The notes under the pieces were generated by a model, which was not told where the DNA came from, did not search any database, and worked only from the letters and a program-made list of their open reading frames with translations. Both the position numbers and the translations under genes were made by a program. 58,372 nt of DNA from contig JAJZYD010000001.1 of NCBI GenBank assembly GCA_021806095.1, positions 1 through 58,372 on the forward strand, in the 5' to 3' direction. Origin of the DNA: Candidatus Micrarchaeota archaeon (GTDB lineage Archaea; Micrarchaeota; Micrarchaeia; Micrarchaeales; Micrarchaeaceae). Shown one piece after another: positions 29,636-39,426 of the stretch (the first letter of the stretch is position 1; each line of letters opens with the position of its first letter).

Positions 29636-30925
29636 ATGTTTGAAGGTTTGAAAAAGAAGCTGGCTGAAGCAGTTAATATATTCTCTAAAAAGGAAATAGA
29701 AGAAGAAGAAAAGAAAGAGGTAGAGGAGAAAATTGAAGAAAAAAAAGAGCAGGAGGTAGAACAACATCCAGAATCAAAAGATCAAGAAGAGAAACAAGAA
29801 AAGAAAAAAGAAGAATCAAATAAGCAAAAAGAAAGTGATGAAAGCAGTGAAAATATTCAAGTACACTCTAATAAAACAGAATCAAACGGAAAATCTGATA
29901 TTGAATCTATTTCTAAACCAGAAAACACATCAACTCTAAATACAAATTCAATCCAAAATAAAAATAAAGTAAGTGATGTAGTCAAAGCCCCAGATAATAA
30001 AAATAATAATGTTAATATTAAGCTTTCGTTATCAACAAAAATAAAAGGTGTGATTACTAAATCAATAACACTTAATGATAATGATATTGATAATTTTCTA
30101 GAAAATATAAAATTATTACTTTTAAAATCAGATGTTTCATACGATACAACGAATGATTTTATAGAAGAGATGCATATAAACCTCAAATCATCAAAATTTA
30201 ATGCAAGGAATATGCAAAATGAATTAATGGATGTTATAAAGCAGTCGCTTTATAATATATTAAATAGAAATGATGCTGGGGTTGATTTGATAAAATTCAT
30301 AAAAAATAAAATATCTTCAAATGAAATACCTGTAAAAGTCTTGTTTTTAGGTCCTAATGGAACAGGTAAAACAACAACAATTGCAAAGCTTGCATATATG
30401 CTTAAGAAAAATGGATTGAGTTCATGTATGTCCGCAAGTGATACATTTAGAGCAGCAGCCATAGAACAAACTGTTTATCATGCGAATAAGGTTGGTGTTC
30501 CGGTAATAAAACATAATTATGGATCAGATCCGGCTAGCGTTGCATTTGATGCAATAGCATTTGCAAAAAGTCATAATTTACATGTAGTACTTATTGATAG
30601 CGCAGGCAGGCAGGATACAAACAAGAATCTCATAAATGAGATGCAGAAAATAGTAAGAGTCTCAAAGCCGGATATAATTCTTTTTGTTGGTGAAAGCACA
30701 GCAGGAAGTGCGCTTATAAATCAAATTTCAGAATTTAATAAATTTATAAAAATTGATGGTATTATATTAACAAAATTAGATTGCGATGCAAAAGGCGGCA
30801 ATGCAATTTCAATAGCGCATGAAGTTGGAATTCCTATAATTTTTCTAGGTATTGGTGAAATGTATGATGCAATAGTGCCTTATTCACCTGAGTTTATTGT
30901 TAATTCGGTTGTAGGTACAGCATAA
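29636..30925 (+). CDS. ftsY: SRP receptor FtsY
   Basis: Acidic N-terminus, 'GPNGTGKTTTIAKLA', 'DTFRAAA', 'DSAGR', 'TKLDCDAKGG'. Confidence 0.97.
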   Translation: MFEGLKKKLAEAVNIFSKKEIEEEEKKEVEEKIEEKKEQEVEQHPESKDQEEKQEKKKEESNKQKESDESSENIQVHSNKTESNGKSDIESISKPENTSTLNTNSIQNKNKVSDVVKAPDNKNNNVNIKLSLSTKIKGVITKSITLNDNDIDNFLENIKLLLLKSDVSYDTTNDFIEEMHINLKSSKFNARNMQNELMDVIKQSLYNILNRNDAGVDLIKFIKNKISSNEIPVKVLFLGPNGTGKTTTIAKLAYMLKKNGLSSCMSASDTFRAAAIEQTVYHANKVGVPVIKHNYGSDPASVAFDAIAFAKSHNLHVVLIDSAGRQDTNKNLINEMQKIVRVSKPDIILFVGESTAGSALINQISEFNKFIKIDGIILTKLDCDAKGGNAISIAHEVGIPIIFLGIGEMYDAIVPYSPEFIVNSVVGTA

Positions 30926-30929
30926 ATAG

Positions 30930-31015
30930 GTAATGCAGGGTATCAAAGATACCCTGCAAAGTGAGTCTTCATGGAAATGAAGACCTTCCGTATTGGAAAG
31001 GTATTTTCATACCCC
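30930..31015 (-). ncRNA. Candidate structured small RNA (four tandem hairpins)
   Basis: Stems at 31000-31013 (GAAA loop on minus), 30985-30999, 30965-30984 (8 bp) and 30934-30958 (11 bp perfect). Minus-strand TTTAAATA at 31045-31038 lies about 25 nt upstream of the first G. Confidence 0.5.
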
Positions 31016-31188
31016 AATATTTATTACAATAACAAAGTATTTAAACATTTCTAATTTATTCCACTAATGTAATAAAGTAAATAAATATATAGTAAAGTAT
31101 ATATAATTTTTCATTTAATAATAAATTGAGGAGCGTGTCATATAGATGACTTTGCCTGCGCTATATAAATAGGCAAAAAAGTGAGTAA

Positions 31189-31479
31189 ATGGAAAACGAA
31201 AAACCTAATGGATTGGATGAAATATTGGCTATGGATTTTGCGCAAATTGTTGCAAAAATTTATGGTACAATATTAGAGGAAATGGATCAAGAAGTAAGAG
31301 AAAATGCAGTAGTAAGAGGAACAGAGTTGGTTGAGACGTTGTATGCAATCGTCTTGAGCATAGTGCAGTATGATGCACTTGCATTCAAGATCCTTCATAG
31401 TGAAGGTATAGATCGCGAATTCAAAGTCAATGTCAAAATCAGCGGAAGTGACTCTACAGATTGGTCATTGCCCAGTTAA
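31189..31479 (+). CDS. Hypothetical acidic protein (96 aa)
   Basis: ATG after AAGTGAG, own TATA-like element and a downstream hairpin. No recognisable motif. Confidence 0.65.
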   Translation: MENEKPNGLDEILAMDFAQIVAKIYGTILEEMDQEVRENAVVRGTELVETLYAIVLSIVQYDALAFKILHSEGIDREFKVNVKISGSDSTDWSLPS

Positions 31480-31487
31480 ATGGGTAT

Positions 31488-31528
31488 GTGGGGCTTTGCC
31501 CCACTTCCTCTCTCTGCTTTTTCTTTTT
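31488..31528 (+). terminator. Stem-loop plus pyrimidine tract
   Basis: GTGGGGC-TTT-GCCCCAC (31488-31504) followed by a C/T-rich run. Confidence 0.6.
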
Positions 31529-31665
31529 AGATATAAAAATAGTCAGAAACGAAAGCCAAAATAAAAGATAAACTTTATATTTCTGCGTTTTAATATTGTT
31601 ATATTTTTATTATAATATAAAATAATTAAATATAAAACTTTCAGGATTTTGTTTATTATTATATT

Positions 31666-32994
31666 GTGATTATTATGGATAGCAGACTTACTAATATTGA
31701 AGAACTTATACTTAAGCAGCTTATAGGAAAATTCGTTGAAGTAACTGATGAGGAGCAAAGAAGAGAAATAATTAAAAAAACTGCACGTGATATATCTTCG
31801 AGTTTATCCCCCGCAGATATTGAAGAAATAATCAATGATATAAATGATCTTAAGCCAATATCAGATTTCTTGAATGCGCAGAATGTTGAAGATATAATGG
31901 TAAATAATACTAAAAATGTTTTTATCTATGATTCGAAAAAAGGATTTGGTAAACTATCTTCTAGATTCAACAGTAAAGAAGAGTTGAACAAATTCGTAGA
32001 TAAATTAAAGCTTTATATGACAAATTGGAGCTCAAATGGTAACATAATGGATATACATATGCCTAGTGGTAGTAGGGCAAATATTGTAGAATCTCCGCTT
32101 GGTTATGATATAACAATAAGAAATTTTAGGAGAGAACCGTTAAGTATAATAGATTTAATAAACAACAATACAATTGATTATAATATTGCGGCAAGGCTTT
32201 GGCTTTATACTGATGGATTTAGAGTCAAGCCGGCAAATATTTTGATAGGTGGTATACCAGCTTCGGGAAAGACAACAATGCTTAATTCATTATTCTCATT
32301 TTTTAGGCCGGATAAAAGAATAGTCACAATAGAAGAAACATATGAACTTAACTCAAGCACCCATGATAATACTGTAAGATTAGAAACAAGCAACAATATG
32401 GAAATGATAGATTTGGTAAAAAATGCCCTAAGAATGAGGCCAGACATTATTATTATAGGAGAAGTTAGAGGTGCAGAAGCAAATGATATGATAACTGCAA
32501 TGAACATAGGAAAGATTTCGATGGGCACAATACATGCATCATCTTCAAGGGATATAATAACAAGGCTCGAACATTCGCCTATGAACGTGCCAAGAGATGT
32601 ACTTAATGTTATTGATGTGCTTATGGTAATATCAATGGTATATAAAAAGGGCATACCTTCAAGAAAGGTTGTGCAGATATCTGAAGTTTCAGGAATGGAA
32701 GGAACTCAAACACTTATATCAGATCTTTACAAATATGATTATAAAACAAATTCTGCATCGCCAATATTACCAAGTGTAACATATAGGGATGCACTCGCAA
32801 AAGTAATTGGTGTTCCTCCAACAGACATACTTGCAGAAGAGGTAGTTCGCGCAAGAATAATTGAGCAGCTTAATAAGCATGGTATTAGAGATATGAAAAG
32901 TATTAGTGAAGCGGTTATGGAATATTATAGTGATCCAGAACATTTGCTTCAAAAATTAGGGTTAGCAAATTTAACACCAATAATAAAATTATAA
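31666..32994 (+). CDS. Type II/IV secretion / type IV pilus assembly ATPase (TadA/CpaF/VirB11 family)
   Basis: 'EDIMVN', 'ITIRNF', Walker A 'GIPASGKTT', 'TIEETYEL', 'ALRMRPDIIIIGEVRG', 'TIHA'. Confidence 0.92.
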   Translation: MIIMDSRLTNIEELILKQLIGKFVEVTDEEQRREIIKKTARDISSSLSPADIEEIINDINDLKPISDFLNAQNVEDIMVNNTKNVFIYDSKKGFGKLSSRFNSKEELNKFVDKLKLYMTNWSSNGNIMDIHMPSGSRANIVESPLGYDITIRNFRREPLSIIDLINNNTIDYNIAARLWLYTDGFRVKPANILIGGIPASGKTTMLNSLFSFFRPDKRIVTIEETYELNSSTHDNTVRLETSNNMEMIDLVKNALRMRPDIIIIGEVRGAEANDMITAMNIGKISMGTIHASSSRDIITRLEHSPMNVPRDVLNVIDVLMVISMVYKKGIPSRKVVQISEVSGMEGTQTLISDLYKYDYKTNSASPILPSVTYRDALAKVIGVPPTDILAEEVVRARIIEQLNKHGIRDMKSISEAVMEYYSDPEHLLQKLGLANLTPIIKL

Positions 32995-33008
32995 TATAAG
33001 GTTTTAGT

Positions 33009-33968
33009 ATGGATTTGAGAGCATTGGATTTTAGGCAAGATTTAAAAATTCTTGTGATGTTTCTTATCGTGCAATTTTTTGGCATCTTAATTGCAACCCA
33101 AATCTATAATGGATTGAGCTTGGTTCAACTGCAGAGTTATCAAACCTCATCAAGTGTATACAGCCCTATTTATTATATTATAACAATTGCATTTATTGCT
33201 CTCATAATTGTGATTTTATTTAAGAGCATCAAAGGAAAAAAGCTGCTTTTTATATTTGAAGCGATTGCTGTATTGATAGGCTCTTTTTATTTCTTTGGAT
33301 TTATATTAGAGATATTTATAAATAATTTTATGCTTGTGTTTTTTCTTTCTTTAATCCTGGCTGTTTTAACATATTTGTTCAAACGAAAATATAAAGGTTT
33401 TAGAAATATTGCAACAATGATTATGTGTATAGGTTTGGGGGTTATTATCGGGATAGGATTGCCTTTTTATCTTGTAATAATTTTGATGTTTCTGTTAGCC
33501 GCTTATGATTTCATAATGGTATTTATAACAAAGTATATGATAACAATGGGTCAAGCAGCAATGGATATGAATCTTGCTTTGCTTGTTGCAGTAGGTGAAG
33601 CGGAAGCCGTACCAAAAAGTGAACTAAAGAGCAACGAAGTAAAACAGTATGAGGAGCACAAGAAAAAGCTAAAAGAATATCCTAAAATACTCAACACTAT
33701 TGATAAAAAAGGCTATATTCCTATATATGGCCAGAGAGCATTAGGCAATGGTGATATGGCTCTGCCGCTTGTTGTAGCTGTATCTGCTTATGCTGTATAT
33801 CAAAGTTTCCTTTTTAGCCTATTTATTGTAATAGGTGGGACTATTGGATTAATTTTAACATTTTTAATACAAGTCAAATACAGAAAGCCACTGCCTGCAA
33901 TACCTCCTTTATTATTTGGGATATTAATAATGATGTTTATTTATTATATAATATTTATTATATTATAA
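33009..33968 (+). CDS. Presenilin-family intramembrane aspartyl protease (PSH)
   Basis: 'YD' in TM6, 'LGNGD' GxGD motif, 'PLPAIP' PAL-like motif, multiple TMs. Confidence 0.9.
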   Translation: MDLRALDFRQDLKILVMFLIVQFFGILIATQIYNGLSLVQLQSYQTSSSVYSPIYYIITIAFIALIIVILFKSIKGKKLLFIFEAIAVLIGSFYFFGFILEIFINNFMLVFFLSLILAVLTYLFKRKYKGFRNIATMIMCIGLGVIIGIGLPFYLVIILMFLLAAYDFIMVFITKYMITMGQAAMDMNLALLVAVGEAEAVPKSELKSNEVKQYEEHKKKLKEYPKILNTIDKKGYIPIYGQRALGNGDMALPLVVAVSAYAVYQSFLFSLFIVIGGTIGLILTFLIQVKYRKPLPAIPPLLFGILIMMFIYYIIFIIL

Positions 33969-34058
33969 TTTTAAGTGCTGAAATTTATAATATTATAATA
34001 AATTCTTCTCTGCCTTATTTAACAAACTATTGAAAAATAGAGAAAAATATATAGTATA

Positions 34059-34751
34059 TTATATTTTGTTTAATCTTTCTTCTATGCTTTTAATATCAAG
34101 TTTTGTAGTGATTAAAGGTATTTTTTCAACTTGGGCTATCTTTATAGCAAGTTTATCTACATTTATTATATTATGCAATACTACAAGCCTTGGTTTTATT
34201 GGTGCTACTCTTATTACAACCATTGGTGACCTTCCTGACGATACATGTTCAAAGATAAAGACACGTTCAGTTGTTGAGCCAAAGAGCTTTGGATATTCAG
34301 AAGGGGACATTTCTAATATAATTTTTAAACTATCTATAATTGTATAGCCAAAAAGTTTGATATTATCAATGTAATTTGGATTAGCCACTATTTTTCCTTC
34401 TATAATTCTACTAAAGTCCATTCCACTGATAGGTGCTACAAAATCATGTAGTTTATATGTGGGATTTTCTGGTCCACTTTCTGTCGCGAAACGTTCAAGA
34501 TTTTGTTTTACAAGGCTGCCTTTTTCTTCATCTATTAAAAATAATGCATCAACAAATCTTCTAATAACTGCAACACCAGGACTAAGTCTTCTATTGCTTT
34601 CATAATCACTTATTGTTGAGGTTGAAACTTTTATTGTTTTTGCAAGTTCTATCTGTGTTATCCCAAATAGCTCCCTCCATTTCTTCATCGCACTTCCAGG
34701 ACTATCTGAAAGCGAAATTTCCCCTGCTATTTTTATTTTCAAATTATCCAT
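34059..34751 (-). CDS. XRE-family HTH transcriptional regulator (conserved archaeal type)
   Basis: 'IAGEISLSDSPG.AMKKWRELFGITQ.ELA...STISDYES.RR.SPG', 'GRSPMVVIRV'. Confidence 0.9.
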   Translation of the reverse strand: MDNLKIKIAGEISLSDSPGSAMKKWRELFGITQIELAKTIKVSTSTISDYESNRRLSPGVAVIRRFVDALFLIDEEKGSLVKQNLERFATESGPENPTYKLHDFVAPISGMDFSRIIEGKIVANPNYIDNIKLFGYTIIDSLKIILEMSPSEYPKLFGSTTERVFIFEHVSSGRSPMVVIRVAPIKPRLVVLHNIINVDKLAIKIAQVEKIPLITTKLDIKSIEERLNKI

Positions 34752-34871
34752 ATAACTCTCTATTTCTTTTTATAAATTATTTAATTATAATATAAATATA
34801 ATGTTAATATAATATTAACTATAATATAAATATAATAATATCAATAATTATATATTATTTGTTATATTCCA

Positions 34872-35714
34872 CTATTTTCTATTTTTGGTTTTCTTTGTTT
34901 TGCTTTTTACCCTATCTTTTATATTTGTTTTTCCGCTTATACGCCTATTTTTATATTTTTTATACTTTTTTTCTATTCCTTCATAAAGTTTATTGACATC
35001 GGAAAGACTTATCTGTTCTTTACCTTCTTCTGTCTTTATAGTAATTGATTTTGGATTTTTTAGAAGCCCATATATAATTAAGGCTAATCCTATTAAAAAA
35101 ACTACGAAGAAAGCCCCGCCAAACCACATACTTTCATTTAATAAATTCTTCAAATTACTAAAAGCGGGATTATTTAGTGTGGCATTTGTTATTGGCGGAA
35201 TGTAAATAAAGCTCACATTTACAATTTTTGATAATGAAGCACTTCCTTTCATATTATCTATTACGGCTTCATAATTTCCAGCATTTAATACTAAAGTGTT
35301 TGAAGCAAATATTGGAACTGTTGTTATATTTTGCACGAGTCCTATGGGCATTGTTGCATTTGTTATATTATTGAAAATATAATAGACACCACTGTTTTCT
35401 AATCTTTTAGCACTTGATAAACCTGTAATGCCATTGTCAACATCCGCCTTCCATTCTGAAAATGCACTGTTACTCATAAAATAAAAATTAATCTTTGATT
35501 TAGATACTATTATACTTGTCAAAGGAGCTGAAGTATTAAATACTACAGGATAAGATACAAAGCTATTGCTTTCTATTTTAAAATTCTTTACTACTGTAAT
35601 ATTTGAAATTCCACCGACTAAATTATTACTAGATAATAAGCTACTTTCATATAGCAACAGCAGCATTGATATTATTAAAATAATAATTCCTATATAAATA
35701 ATATTTTTCATCAT
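34872..35714 (-). CDS. Hypothetical membrane protein (N- and C-terminal TM, basic tail)
   Basis: Two hydrophobic helices flanking a beta-rich domain with NxT/S sequons. Confidence 0.7.
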   Translation of the reverse strand: MMKNIIYIGIIILIISMLLLLYESSLLSSNNLVGGISNITVVKNFKIESNSFVSYPVVFNTSAPLTSIIVSKSKINFYFMSNSAFSEWKADVDNGITGLSSAKRLENSGVYYIFNNITNATMPIGLVQNITTVPIFASNTLVLNAGNYEAVIDNMKGSASLSKIVNVSFIYIPPITNATLNNPAFSNLKNLLNESMWFGGAFFVVFLIGLALIIYGLLKNPKSITIKTEEGKEQISLSDVNKLYEGIEKKYKKYKNRRISGKTNIKDRVKSKTKKTKNRK

Positions 35715-35934
35715 TTAAATCCCAGTTTAATAATATTTAGTACATCAATAAAACAAAAATACAAATGTCATATAAATATATATAAACATAATATTATATT
35801 ATTATATTATTATATTTTTGCCATATATTATTAAATATATATTAATGTGTATATTGTTACAAATTAAATCAATAAATTATAATATACACCTGTAATATGA
35901 ATTGATAATTGAAGTTTGAGATCAAGTTGATTTA

Positions 35935-36678
35935 ATGAGAACTAATAATGGAAACAGATTTGAATTTGGCATATTTGGATTTGATTCAATGCTAAGTAAT
36001 GGAATGCCTTATGGAAATCAGGTGCTCATAGCCGGTAGCCCTGGATGTGGGAAGACATTGATGGCTTTTGAAATTATTTATAGGAATGCAATTAAAGGCA
36101 ATCCTGGTTTAATAATTTTATTTGAACAAAAAGTAGAGGATTTTATAGATAATGTAAAAGATGCATTTTCAGATCAAGATGATATAGACAAACTAATTGA
36201 AAACAAAGTGATAAAAATAATAAATATAGATATAATGCTTAATTTTACAAAAGCAGATGGCAATGATATGTTTTTAACTTTTAAAAACATTGTCAATAGA
36301 ATTGAAGAAGAAATTAAAAGTTTTAATCCAAAATGTGTAGTTATTGATTCAATTTCTTTGCTTAAATTTATTGCTTCAAACGAGAATATTTTGGTATACA
36401 GAAAAAGCATTTTTGTACTAATTACATTGCTACATAATTATAATATAACAGCATTCTTTACAATTGATAATTCATCAATTTCTCGAGAAGAGTTAGTATT
36501 TCAGCCGGAATTCTATATATTTGATGGAGTTATAATGCTTTATGCAGGTATTGAAAGTATAAGGCGCGAATTTACCCTTGAAATATTAAAAATTAGAGGA
36601 GCGGCACATAGCAAAACAATTGCTTCTTATATAATAACTGCAAGAGGTTTTTCAATACTTTCAAATGAGGTGGCATAA
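35935..36678 (+). CDS. KaiC/RAD55-like RecA-superfamily ATPase (single domain)
   Basis: 'GIFGFDSML..GMP', Walker A 'GSPGCGKT', Walker B 'VVIDSIS', 'LEILKIRGAAHS'. Confidence 0.9.
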   Translation: MRTNNGNRFEFGIFGFDSMLSNGMPYGNQVLIAGSPGCGKTLMAFEIIYRNAIKGNPGLIILFEQKVEDFIDNVKDAFSDQDDIDKLIENKVIKIINIDIMLNFTKADGNDMFLTFKNIVNRIEEEIKSFNPKCVVIDSISLLKFIASNENILVYRKSIFVLITLLHNYNITAFFTIDNSSISREELVFQPEFYIFDGVIMLYAGIESIRREFTLEILKIRGAAHSKTIASYIITARGFSILSNEVA

Positions 36679-37902
36679 TTGGTAAATCAGATGCAAAATA
36701 TAACAAGTGCAAAACAAACACCGCAGGAAAAGATTAAATCATTAATAGGTGGACTAACAAATAAAGAAAAAAATATTATTTTGTTTGCTTTTCTTATGTT
36801 AGTAATTATTGCTATTTTTTATTATATAAGCACTCTTAATAGTTCAACAACAGTGGTTATTAGGAGCAGTGTAGCAGCTAAGTGTGGATATTCATCAAAT
36901 TATTCTAAATGTATTGAAACTATTGCTATACAATCAGATAATACAACTACTTGCAATAGCACTTTAGCAGGTAATACAAAAATCAACTGTATCTATAATG
37001 TAGCATTAAAAAACAACAATATCACACAATGCAATGAACTAAATTCCAGTTATAATTATTCAATTAATTGCAAATTAGCAGTTATAAACAAAACAAAAAA
37101 TTATAGTGCATGTAGTTCTATACAACAACCTTATAGTAGTTTTTGTTTATATGCAGCTTCAAAGTCCGAAAATTTCTCAAATTTAAGTGCGTGTTCAAAA
37201 ATACAAAATAAAACAGATGCAATTACATGCAATAATTTATATTATCTTAATCTTGCTATAAAAAATAAATCTGCAAATGATTGCTCTTATCTAAGTAATA
37301 CTACAAGTTTCTCTGATATATTAACTCTTATAAATTATAATTCATCATCAAATACATTGCAGCAAAATATAAACAATATTACCTCTACTTCTTACTTCAG
37401 TCAAATAAATTTCACTAATTATCAAATGTTTTTGAATTCGACTCCAAGAGATTATTGCTATTATAAGCTTGCTGAAATAGAAAATAATTCATCAACATGT
37501 AATTCTATAATATCAAATATTTATAGAAATGAATGTCTCTATAAATTAACACCACACCAGCCGCCACCATTAATTAATATAAATTATAATGCGTCAAATG
37601 CAACGCTAGCATGTAAAAATAATACAAATACCATAATTAAAAGTTGTTATATTCTGTATAATTTTCATAATGCAATTGAAAGTGAGAATGTTATTGGATG
37701 TAATATTTTTGGAAACTCAAGCGCAGGATCTATATGTGTTATGTCTATTGCTCTTAAAGAATTAAATACAAGCACATGCAATAGTGTATATAATACAACA
37801 TTACGTGGGATATGTTCTAATACTATAAATATATTAAAAATATATAGAATTCCCCAAAACATAACCAATACAACAAACTTTATTGCACCAAACATTACAT
37901 AA
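36679..37902 (+). CDS. Membrane-anchored Cys-repeat extracellular protein
   Basis: One N-terminal TM followed by repeated 'C..I/L......C...(L/V)A....N...C' units rich in N-glycosylation sequons. Confidence 0.75.
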   Translation: MVNQMQNITSAKQTPQEKIKSLIGGLTNKEKNIILFAFLMLVIIAIFYYISTLNSSTTVVIRSSVAAKCGYSSNYSKCIETIAIQSDNTTTCNSTLAGNTKINCIYNVALKNNNITQCNELNSSYNYSINCKLAVINKTKNYSACSSIQQPYSSFCLYAASKSENFSNLSACSKIQNKTDAITCNNLYYLNLAIKNKSANDCSYLSNTTSFSDILTLINYNSSSNTLQQNINNITSTSYFSQINFTNYQMFLNSTPRDYCYYKLAEIENNSSTCNSIISNIYRNECLYKLTPHQPPPLININYNASNATLACKNNTNTIIKSCYILYNFHNAIESENVIGCNIFGNSSAGSICVMSIALKELNTSTCNSVYNTTLRGICSNTINILKIYRIPQNITNTTNFIAPNIT

Positions 37903-37911
37903 TCTTTTTTC

Positions 37912-39369
37912 GTGTTTTTTATGGATGATGATATTGAAGAATATATTATTACAGGAATTAAGAATTTATATAAAGAGGGATATATTTATACAGTGATACC
38001 TACAAACATAAACAAAAATGTAGATTTAAAAATAACTAAATTTAAAAGTAATATAAAACTAAATTTATATGCAAAAATAAAATATCGAGTCCAAGAACAG
38101 AATTTTGATATTATATCTAATAAAGATTACAACAAAGTAACAAAAGTAGAGTATGAAGATATAATCCAAAAATTTATTGAAAATATTTCAACGTTTATCA
38201 ATGATGAGAAAAGTTCTGATTTAAATATAAAAAATAATATACTAAATAAATTAACAGTCAATATGCTTTCAGATTTAAAAGAAATTGCATTAATCATTAT
38301 TAAGCATGCTATTACTGGCGCCCCAATAATCATACGATTTCATAATGATTCCGATGGTTCGAGCGGCGCACTTGCACTTTATAAAGCGCTTGTTGTACTA
38401 TTTGGTCAAAAATATTCATCTATTGAAAATTTATCCATATTTTGGAGATTAAATAAAAGCATTAAATACAGTATGGAAGAATTTTATGAAGATACAGTTT
38501 TATTTGAACTTTATACTACGGTTGAAAAACCTACAGTGATTATAATAGATTTTGGTACAACACCTGAGAGTGAAGATACAATTTCACTTGCTAATAATTA
38601 TAATATTATAATTCTTGATCATCATCCGGTTTATGAGCGCTTTCCAGTTTCAAAATTAACAAAATATATAAATCCTTGGAATTATTCTGGAGATTCAAAT
38701 TATACTGCAGGTTTTCTTGTAGGTGTGCTTGCAAAAATAATTATAGGTAATAACATTAAGATTATTGATAAACTTATGAGTGCATCACTTATAGGTGATC
38801 ATAGTATATATGCTGATATAAACGATAAAGAAGCGGAAAAAATTAGCAATGTTCTTGATTATTTAACTGGAAAGGCACAATCATTTAGCATAGAAAAAAC
38901 ATTAGGTAATATAGAAGATGAGAGTAAACTGAAAATGATGTTTATTCATTCAACAAGAATATTTGAAGAGGCTCTTAATTCTTCATTAAAATATATACGA
39001 CATTATACTGGATATAATGGAACTAATATATTTGTTCTTGACTTTAATCATGTTGAAAGAATTGAAGAAGATTTTCCTTTACCTGGAAGATTTAGTACAA
39101 AACTCCATGATAATCTAGAATCTCTTAATGGTTCAAATATTACAATAGTGCATTATGGAAACTATATTTCTCTAAGAATAAGCTCTAATATTTTAGATTA
39201 TATTGATATAATGAAAACTTTTGAAAAACTTAAAAGTATTAATAAAAATATATACTCTTTTGGTGGACATAAATCAGCAGCAAGTGTAAGAATTAACAAA
39301 TTTTATATTACAAGTGTATTAAAAAATCTTTTAGAATTGCTTGGTGTTACAAATATAAAGAAATTTTAA
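37912..39369 (+). CDS. RecJ-like DHH family phosphoesterase/exonuclease
   Basis: 'HNDSDG', 'DFG', 'LDHH', 'INP', 'GD', DHHA1 'GGHKSAAS'. Confidence 0.88.
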   Translation: MFFMDDDIEEYIITGIKNLYKEGYIYTVIPTNINKNVDLKITKFKSNIKLNLYAKIKYRVQEQNFDIISNKDYNKVTKVEYEDIIQKFIENISTFINDEKSSDLNIKNNILNKLTVNMLSDLKEIALIIIKHAITGAPIIIRFHNDSDGSSGALALYKALVVLFGQKYSSIENLSIFWRLNKSIKYSMEEFYEDTVLFELYTTVEKPTVIIIDFGTTPESEDTISLANNYNIIILDHHPVYERFPVSKLTKYINPWNYSGDSNYTAGFLVGVLAKIIIGNNIKIIDKLMSASLIGDHSIYADINDKEAEKISNVLDYLTGKAQSFSIEKTLGNIEDESKLKMMFIHSTRIFEEALNSSLKYIRHYTGYNGTNIFVLDFNHVERIEEDFPLPGRFSTKLHDNLESLNGSNITIVHYGNYISLRISSNILDYIDIMKTFEKLKSINKNIYSFGGHKSAASVRINKFYITSVLKNLLELLGVTNIKKF

Positions 39370-39426
39370 TTTATAAAATATGATAAATATATAAATAAAT
39401 ATACAAATAGAATACAAAATTAAAAA

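Noticed and set aside
30934..31015. SRP RNA next to ftsY
   Set aside because: Much shorter than archaeal 7S RNA, and the GGAA-loop stem is perfectly paired, lacking the SRP54-binding internal loop. Kept only as an unknown ncRNA candidate.
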